NCBI GenBank assembly: GCA_964465735.1
Contig: CAYXKT010000018.1
Span: 1 to 28,947 of the forward strand
Origin: an uncultured bacterium
Lineage (GTDB): Bacteria > Auribacterota > Erginobacteria > Erginobacterales > Erginobacteraceae
Reading direction: 5' to 3'
Length of the DNA: 28,947 bases
Positions 9,278 through 15,641 of the stretch are shown here, in pieces (the first letter of the stretch is position 1; each line of letters begins with the position of its first letter). A program made the translations under genes and the position numbers. Below the pieces are notes generated by a model. It ran no database searches. It saw only the letters and a list, made by a program, of their open reading frames with translations, and had not been told where the DNA came from.

Positions 9278-9796
9278 ATGGATATGGCAAAAATTGCGGT
9301 TTTGATCGATAACGATTTTGAGGATTCGGAATACACTCGGCCGGCAGAGGCTTTCCGGGAGGCCGGCCATCAGGTTGTCCACCTGGGGAAGAAGCAGGGG
9401 AGCGTGGTCCGGGGCAAGAAAGAGCAAACCCCGGTTGTCATAGACCGGGAAGTCGGCCAGGCCGATCCGGCGGAGTTCGACGCGCTCCTGATCCCCGGCG
9501 GTTATTCCCCCGACCGTCTCCGAGCTTTCCCGGAACCGGTGGCCTTCGTCCGGGAGTTTGTCGGGACCGCCCGGCCGGTATTTTTTATCTGTCACGGCGG
9601 CCAGCTCTTGATTACCGCCGACGTCCTGAAAGGGAGAAAGGTCACCGGCTGGAGATCGATCGCCCGCGATCTGATCAACGCGGGGGCCGATTACCGGGAC
9701 GAGGAGGTGGTGGTGGACGATAATTTTGTCTCCAGCCGCCAGCCCTCCGACCTCGACGCGTTCATCCGGGAATCCCTGAAACAGCTGGCCGGATAG
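9278..9796 (+). CDS. DJ-1/PfpI family protein
   Basis: AKIAVLIDNDFEDSEYTRP, ALLIPGGYSPD, nucleophile elbow FFICHGGQLL. Alternative start MAKIAV at 9284. Confidence 0.93.
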   Translation: MDMAKIAVLIDNDFEDSEYTRPAEAFREAGHQVVHLGKKQGSVVRGKKEQTPVVIDREVGQADPAEFDALLIPGGYSPDRLRAFPEPVAFVREFVGTARPVFFICHGGQLLITADVLKGRKVTGWRSIARDLINAGADYRDEEVVVDDNFVSSRQPSDLDAFIRESLKQLAG

Positions 9797-9877
9797 ACTG
9801 CCCACCCGCCCCTTTCTACAGGTCCGGAGTCAAGTCGATCTCCCTCTCCACCCCCGAGGGCATCGGCTTACTTTACA

Positions 9878-10038
9878 CCTAAATTGAGCGATTCTATGCG
9901 GCGAACTGCACCAATCTTTTGCGTCCGAACGGATATTGAAAATCCTCGCCATATCTCCTGGATATGGCTGCGGTTTTCGCAACCCGTCGGCCAGCAAAAT
10001 CTTAGCACATTTCATCCGCAATAATCGCTCAACTTAGG
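9878..10038 (+). mobile_element. 161-bp MITE-like element, copy D
   Basis: Flanked by TTACA (9873-9877) and TTACA (10039-10043). One private substitution (CCAGCAAA versus CCGGCAAA). Confidence 0.93.
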
Positions 10039-10088
10039 TTACAGATGAAGTATGACTGGCAATCTAAAATAAATAGCGGGAGGAATAA

Positions 10089-11075
10089 TTGGATATGAAC
10101 GAAAGCGGAGATCTCAAGCCGAAAGTCTCGATCATCGGCGGCGGTAATGTCGGACTCCGCTACGCCTATGCCCTGATGATCCGCGGGATTGCCCGCCGGA
10201 TCTGCCTGGTCGATCTCGATTTCAAGCGACTGGAGGGGGATGTGATGGACCTCAACCACGGCGTCCCCTATATCTCCCCGGTTGAAGTTATCGCCGGCGA
10301 TTATCCCGATATCGAGGGTTCCGATCTGGTGGTGGTGACCGCCGGGAAGGGCCAGGTCCCCGGCCAGTCCCGGCTCGATCTTATCCGGGCCAACGTCGAG
10401 CTTTACCGGATCATCATCCCCCAAATTGTCCGCTTCGCCCCCCGGGCCCTTTTGCTGATCGTCTCCAACCCGGTCGATATCCTGGCCTATGCCGCTTACC
10501 GGATCTCGAAGAAGCCTCCCGGGGAGGTTATCGGCGCCGGGACAGTGCTTGACACCGCCCGGTTACGCTTCCTGCTCGGCCGGCACTGCCGGGTCGATAC
10601 CCGCAACGTCCACGCCTATATCCTCGGCGAGCACGGCGACAGCGAGTTCCCCGCCTGGTCTCGAGCCTTGATCGGCGGGATGTTCCTGAAAGACTACTGT
10701 ACGGTCTGCCCCTTCCGCGAGACCTGTGACCACGAGAAGGTCCTCGGGGAGATCTTCGTGCGGGTGCGGGACTCCGCTTATCGGATTATCGAGCGCAAGG
10801 GCGAGACCTCCTATGGTATCGGCCTGGCTCTGGCCCGGATCACCCGGGCGATTCTCAACGACGAGAACGCCATCCTCCCGGTCTCCTCGCTCTTTACCGA
10901 TTACCCGGGAGGAGAGGAGGTTTACTTGAGCCTCCCGGCCGTGGTCAACCGGGAGGGGGTGCGTCAGGTTATCCGCCTGAAACTGGACCCCGCGGAAGAA
11001 GATGCCCTGGTCCGTTCCGCCGGGGTTATCCGGGAGGTGATCGGCCAATTGGATCTGCCCGGGCCGTCCGTTTGA
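10089..11075 (+). CDS. ldh: L-lactate dehydrogenase (L-lactate/malate dehydrogenase family)
   Basis: Rossmann motif VSIIGGGNVGLRYA, VSNPVDILAYA, LDTARLRFLLG, active-site GEHGDSEFPAWS. Confidence 0.9.
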   Translation: MDMNESGDLKPKVSIIGGGNVGLRYAYALMIRGIARRICLVDLDFKRLEGDVMDLNHGVPYISPVEVIAGDYPDIEGSDLVVVTAGKGQVPGQSRLDLIRANVELYRIIIPQIVRFAPRALLLIVSNPVDILAYAAYRISKKPPGEVIGAGTVLDTARLRFLLGRHCRVDTRNVHAYILGEHGDSEFPAWSRALIGGMFLKDYCTVCPFRETCDHEKVLGEIFVRVRDSAYRIIERKGETSYGIGLALARITRAILNDENAILPVSSLFTDYPGGEEVYLSLPAVVNREGVRQVIRLKLDPAEEDALVRSAGVIREVIGQLDLPGPSV

Positions 11076-11094
11076 CGGGACCGATATACTGGAA

Positions 11095-11255
11095 CCTAAA
11101 TTGAGCGATTCTATGCGGCGAACTGCACCAATCTTTTGCGTCCGAACGGATATTGAAAATCCTCGCCATATCTCCTGGATATGGCTGCGGTTTTCGCAAC
11201 CCGTCGGCCGGCAAAATCTTAGCACATTTCATCCGCAATAATCGCTCAACTTAGG
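11095..11255 (+). mobile_element. 161-bp MITE-like element, copy E
   Basis: Flanked by TGGAA (11090-11094) and TGGAA (11256-11260). Confidence 0.93.
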
Positions 11256-11357
11256 TGGAAGAAACCGGGGGTGGGAAACTGAGGAAAGCAGGGCGCAGCG
11301 GGAAAGTCCCCTCACCGCCCCCCCAATAAAATGACCAGGAATAGCGCCAACTGAATA

Positions 11358-11369
11358 TTTTGACAGAAC
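11358..11369 (+). promoter_or_regulatory. TTTTGACAGAAC box upstream of superoxide reductase
   Basis: Exact 12-mer shared with the three leaders; 26 nt from ATG 11396. Confidence 0.55.
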
Positions 11370-11395
11370 TAAATCTAACCCAGGGAGGTATGGCT

Positions 11396-11791
11396 ATGAC
11401 CGCGTTGTCGAAAAATTTTCAAACCGCTGATTGGAAAAACGAGAAACACGTTCCGGTGATCGAGGCCCCCGAGAAAGCGGAGAAAGGGGAGCTCTTCACA
11501 GTTAAGGTCAGCGTGGGCCGGGAGGTCGCTCACCCCAACAAAACCGAGCACCATATCCGCTGGATTGACCTCTACTTCCACCCCGAAGGGGAGAAGTTCC
11601 CCTACCAGATCGGGAAGGTTGAGTTCTGCGCCCACGGCGCTTCGGTCTCGGGGCCGGATACCAGCACAGTCTATACTCACCCCTCGGCAGTCTTCAGTTT
11701 CCAGACCGGGAAACCCGGGACCATCTTGGCATCTTCTTACTGCAACATCCACGGACTGTGGGAGAACTCCGCCGAACTGGCGGTGGAATAA
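11396..11791 (+). CDS. Superoxide reductase / class II desulfoferrodoxin (neelaredoxin-like)
   Basis: EKHVPVIEAP, VGREVAHPNKTEHHIRWIDLYF, terminal CNIHGLWENS: typical His4Cys iron-site ligands. GGGAGG RBS favours start 11396. Confidence 0.92.
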   Translation: MTALSKNFQTADWKNEKHVPVIEAPEKAEKGELFTVKVSVGREVAHPNKTEHHIRWIDLYFHPEGEKFPYQIGKVEFCAHGASVSGPDTSTVYTHPSAVFSFQTGKPGTILASSYCNIHGLWENSAELAVE

Positions 11792-12051
11792 CTTCTTTCC
11801 GGATGGTTCTCGAGGAGACCGGCTTCAACTTTTCAATCTCCTCTTCCACCTCCTCGGTACCCTCGGCATAAAACTTCGCTTCGTCAGGGGTCAGTCCGGG
11901 GAGGAGTCGGAGAAACTTCCGGCTTGGCCTGTCTCCTTCTGGTTGGCGGGCTTTGGCGGTTGCCGAGTTCTGTCGGGAGGTGTATAATCCCTGGTAGATA
12001 TCGAGCCATTGTCTGGAATGTGCAGTATGGTACTGTCAAAAATTTCATAAA

Positions 12052-12127
12052 AAAGAATGAAACCACAGAGACCACTGAGAGAATTCAGGATCAAGTTTTT
12101 CCTTCTTCTCTGTGAACACTAAATACT
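12052..12127 (+). repeat. 76-bp dispersed intergenic repeat, copy 1
   Basis: AAAGAATGAAACCACAGAGACCACTGAGAGAATTCAGGATC... 62/76 identical to 23735-23810. Confidence 0.7.
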
Positions 12128-12313
12128 GCAAAAGAAGTCGGGCCTCACCGCTAAGATTTTTCCGCGGAAGGGGACGCGGCAGCGCAGATATAGGCGGTTG
12201 AAAGTAGGCCCCGGATATTCGCGGCGCAATAATTAACGTATTTAAATGCCGCCGGCAAGAAAGTCGGATTAATCATTAACATTTGCCCAAGGACAGGACT
12301 AAAAGGATGGTAT

Positions 12314-12576
12314 TTTAAGAGAACATTGAGGGGGAGAAAGAGTCATTTTATTTAATCCCTTCTAGTTCAACCTAAGTTGAGCGATTATTGCGGATGAAAT
12401 GTGCTAAGATTTTGCCGGCCGACGGGTTGCGAAAACCGCAGCCATATCCAGGAGATATGGCGAGGATTTTCAATATCCGTTCGGACGCAAAAGATTGGTG
12501 CAGTTCGCCGCATAGAATCGCTCAATTTAGGTTCAATACTCTCTGTGTTCTCTGTGATTATTTATTTTGACAGAAC
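12314..12576 (+). promoter_or_regulatory. Conserved leader, copy F (flavodiiron protein), interrupted by MITE copy F
   Basis: 12314-12370 plus 12537-12576 form 97 bp aligned gap-free with 5244-5340 on the minus strand. Preceded by TGGTATTTT. Confidence 0.75.
12371..12531 (-). mobile_element. 161-bp MITE-like element, copy F
   Basis: CCTAAGTTGAGCGATT...AATCGCTCAATTTAGG, flanked by TTCAA (12366-12370) and TTCAA (12532-12536). Confidence 0.94.
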
Positions 12577-12602
12577 GTTCAACATAACCGGGAGGTCTGT
12601 TT

Positions 12603-13769
12603 ATGAAGCCGAGAGAGGTGGTAAAAGGGGTTAGTTCCGTGGGGGTGATCGACTGGCACCGTCAGCTCTTTGATGCCCTGATCCCGTTGCCCGACGGGAC
12701 CAGTTACAACTCTTTTTTGATCGAGGGGAGTGAGAAGACCGCCCTGATCGATACCGTTGACCCTCCCTTTGCCCAAAAGTTTTTGGAGAACCTGTCCGGG
12801 GTGAAGAAGATCGACTATATCGTCGCCAATCACGCCGAGCAGGATCACTCCGGCACCCTCCCGATGGTCTTAGACCGCTTTCCCGAAGCCAGAGTGGTCT
12901 GCTCCGAGAAGTGCCGGGGGATGCTGATCGACCTGCTGGGGATCGCTGAAGATCGTTTTCTCACCGTAACCGACGGGGAGTCCATCTCGCTTGGTGGCCG
13001 GACGCTGAGATTTATCTTCACCCCCTGGGTTCACTGGCCGGAGACCATCTCCACCTACCTCGAGGAAGAGCGGATTCTCTTCTCCTGCGATTTCCTGGGC
13101 TCCCATCTGGCCACCACCGACCTTTACGCCTCCGATTGGTGTCGGGTTTACGAGTCGGCTAAGCGCTATTACGGCGAGATTATGATGCCCTTCCGGACTA
13201 TGATCGTAAAGAACCTCGAGAAGATCAAAGACCTGAAGCTCCAGCTGATCTGCCCCAGCCACGGCCCGATTTACGACCGGCCGGAGCTGATTGTCGAAGC
13301 TTACCGGGATTGGGTCTCCGGCCCCTTAAAGAAGTCGGTGGTGATCCCTTTTGTCTCGATGCACGGGTCCACCGCCCTGATGGTCGATCACCTGTTGGCC
13401 GCCCTGGTCGAAAAGGGGATCTCCGTTTATCCCTTTGATCTGACCGTGAGCGATCCCGGAAAACTGGTGATCGCCCTGGTCGATGCCGGTGCCCTCGCCA
13501 TCGGGACCCCGACCGTGCTGGCCGGTCCCCATCCCCTGGCGGTCTCCGCCGCCGTGCTGGCCAACGCGCTCAGACCGCGGCTGGAGTATGTCGCCCTCTT
13601 TGGTTCCTATGGCTGGGGGGGGAAGATGGTGGAGACGCTCACGGCCCTGACCGGAAATCTCAAAGCCGAGCTGCTCGAACCGGTACTTGCTCGAGGACTT
13701 CCCGGCCCGGAGGATTATCCCGCCCTTGACCGTATGGCGCAAGAACTGGCCGGGCGGCTAAACGGGTAG
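12603..13769 (+). CDS. Flavodiiron protein (A-type flavoprotein: MBL-fold diiron plus flavodoxin domain)
   Basis: NHAEQDHSG diiron ligands, WVHWPETI, FSCDFLGSH, CPSHGPIY. Flavodoxin domain with SMHGST and FGSYGWGG. Confidence 0.95.
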   Translation: MKPREVVKGVSSVGVIDWHRQLFDALIPLPDGTSYNSFLIEGSEKTALIDTVDPPFAQKFLENLSGVKKIDYIVANHAEQDHSGTLPMVLDRFPEARVVCSEKCRGMLIDLLGIAEDRFLTVTDGESISLGGRTLRFIFTPWVHWPETISTYLEEERILFSCDFLGSHLATTDLYASDWCRVYESAKRYYGEIMMPFRTMIVKNLEKIKDLKLQLICPSHGPIYDRPELIVEAYRDWVSGPLKKSVVIPFVSMHGSTALMVDHLLAALVEKGISVYPFDLTVSDPGKLVIALVDAGALAIGTPTVLAGPHPLAVSAAVLANALRPRLEYVALFGSYGWGGKMVETLTALTGNLKAELLEPVLARGLPGPEDYPALDRMAQELAGRLNG

Positions 13770-13775
13770 TCTCGG

Positions 13776-15614
13776 GTGTTTTCCCGGGCCGTTGCCGCCA
13801 TTGCCGCTATGGACCGGCAGATACTCTTCGTTTTACTGGTTGTTCTGCTGATCCCGGTATCTCCGGTCCAGGCGGACGGGGTCGAACCCTACTCGGTCTT
13901 GATCCACCTCCACGGGGAGAAGACCGACCAGCTGAAACAGCTCCTCCGGGACGTCTCGACCGCCGATGCCCAGGGGGATAGACCGCTCCCCAGCTTCGCT
14001 CTTTTGGAAGCGATTGCCCGCGATGATGTCCGGAAGATGAAAAAGGTCCTCCGGGCGGAAAGTTTCTATGCCGCCTCGATCGAGATCAATCTCAAGGACC
14101 GGGACAACTCTCCCCGGCTCTATTTCTCGGTCACCACCGGCCCTCCCTTCCTGATCGGTTCGAGTACGGTCAATATCACCGGCCCCCCTCTGCCGGACGA
14201 TCTGATCCATCCCGACGAGGCGGAGATACTCCTGGTCCCCGGATCCCGGGGGACCTCGACCGCTATCCTGGCCGCTGAGGACGGTCTGCTCAATTACTTC
14301 CGCCTCCGGGGTTATCCCGCCGTCAAGGCCGGGGAGCGGGAGGTGGTGGTAAATTACGCCGACCAATCGGTATCGGTCACCTACCGGATCGATCCCGGTC
14401 CTCGCTCGGTATTCGCCCGGACAATCTTTTCCGGGCTCGAGGATGTCCGGGAGAAGTTTGTCCGCCGGCAGATCCCCTGGCTGATGGGAGAGATCTATAG
14501 CCCGGAGCAGATCCAGATCTTCCGTAACCGGCTGGCCCGGACCGGGCTTTTTACCACCCTGCTGATCTCGACCGAGGAAGCCGGGGATTTTCCCGCCGGC
14601 CGGCCCGGTCCAGCGGCCCCGCTCCGCCCGGTCGATGTTCTGGTCACGCTCCGGGAGCGCGAGCCTCATACCGTGGGTCTCGAGGCCGGCTACGGCACTG
14701 ACATCGGCTTGGGGGGGGCGGTCTCCTGGGAGGATCGAAATATCTTCGGGCACGGCGAACTTTTCCGGCTCCGGGTCTTCGGCAGCCAGGAGCTGTATTA
14801 TGCCGAAGGGCTCTTGCGGGTTCCGAGTTTTCTCCACCCCGACCAATCGCTGAACCTGTCTGTCCAGCCGGTCTATGATCACCCGAAAGCTTATGATAGT
14901 GATCGGCTCCGGATCTCGGCCCTGATCCGCCGGGAGTTTACCGGCGCTCTGGTTCTCAGCGGCGGTACGGCCCTGACCATCGACCGGGTCACCCAGTTCG
15001 GCAGCCGGCGGGAATTTCATCTCTTCTCCACCCCGCTCAGTGTCCAGCTCAAGGTCGGGGGCGATCAGCCCTTCAATCGGGCGGGGGCCCTCTTGCTCCT
15101 CCAGGGAGAACCTTACTTTAATCTCCAGGACGGCCGATCCTTTTTTAAGACGATGGTTGCCGGGAACTTTCTCTTCCGACTCCCCTCGGTCCCCTTCCTG
15201 ACCGCCCTGGCTCGGGTCACCGCGGGAAGTATCCCGGAAGCCGACCTGGAAGAGATCCCGGCTGACCTCCGATTCTATGCCGGGGGGGCGAACTCGATCC
15301 GGGGCTACTCCTACCAGAAGGTCGGTCCGCTGGCCGGGAAAGATCCGATCGGCGGCCTCTCTCTCTTTACCGCCTGCCTCGAGCTCAATTGTCAGGTGAT
15401 CGGCGAGTTCGGCGTGGCCGCTTTTATTGACGGCGGGGCGGCCTTCGCCGAGAGCCGGCCCCGTTTCGGTGACGAGATCCGCTGGGGGGCCGGCGGGGGG
15501 CTGCGGTATTTTACCCCGATCGGTCCGATCGGTCTCGATGTCGGTTTCCCGATCGATCCCCGGGAAATCGACAGTGATTTCCAGGTTTATATCAGTATCG
15601 CTCAGATTTACTAA
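13776..15614 (+). CDS. Omp85-superfamily outer membrane protein (TamA/BamA-like)
   Basis: Signal-like N terminus (MDRQILFVLLVVLLIPVSPVQA), POTRA-like repeats, C-terminal barrel with GGANSIRGYSYQKVGP and LGFDVGFP-like IGLDVGFPIDP. Start uncertain: GTG 13776 or ATG 13809. Confidence 0.9.
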   Translation: MFSRAVAAIAAMDRQILFVLLVVLLIPVSPVQADGVEPYSVLIHLHGEKTDQLKQLLRDVSTADAQGDRPLPSFALLEAIARDDVRKMKKVLRAESFYAASIEINLKDRDNSPRLYFSVTTGPPFLIGSSTVNITGPPLPDDLIHPDEAEILLVPGSRGTSTAILAAEDGLLNYFRLRGYPAVKAGEREVVVNYADQSVSVTYRIDPGPRSVFARTIFSGLEDVREKFVRRQIPWLMGEIYSPEQIQIFRNRLARTGLFTTLLISTEEAGDFPAGRPGPAAPLRPVDVLVTLREREPHTVGLEAGYGTDIGLGGAVSWEDRNIFGHGELFRLRVFGSQELYYAEGLLRVPSFLHPDQSLNLSVQPVYDHPKAYDSDRLRISALIRREFTGALVLSGGTALTIDRVTQFGSRREFHLFSTPLSVQLKVGGDQPFNRAGALLLLQGEPYFNLQDGRSFFKTMVAGNFLFRLPSVPFLTALARVTAGSIPEADLEEIPADLRFYAGGANSIRGYSYQKVGPLAGKDPIGGLSLFTACLELNCQVIGEFGVAAFIDGGAAFAESRPRFGDEIRWGAGGGLRYFTPIGPIGLDVGFPIDPREIDSDFQVYISIAQIY

Positions 15615-15641
15615 AGTGCCTGAAGTTGTTGGTTACCGCGG

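Noticed and set aside
11359-11380. TTTTGACAGAAC read as a -35 element
   Set aside because: No -10-like hexamer occurs 15-19 bp downstream in any of the four cases; that position is the ribosome-binding site.
11565-11987. 140-aa plus-strand ORF overlapping superoxide reductase
   Set aside because: Out-of-frame overlap with a confidently assigned gene and no motif support.
1-12536. CRISPR-like array from the repeated 161-bp sequence
   Set aside because: Spacing is irregular (1-4 kb) with whole genes in between, both orientations occur, and there are target-site duplications; no cas genes are present.
13833-15020. 395-aa minus-strand ORF
   Set aside because: Antisense to the Omp85 gene with no recognisable domain; GC-driven open frame.
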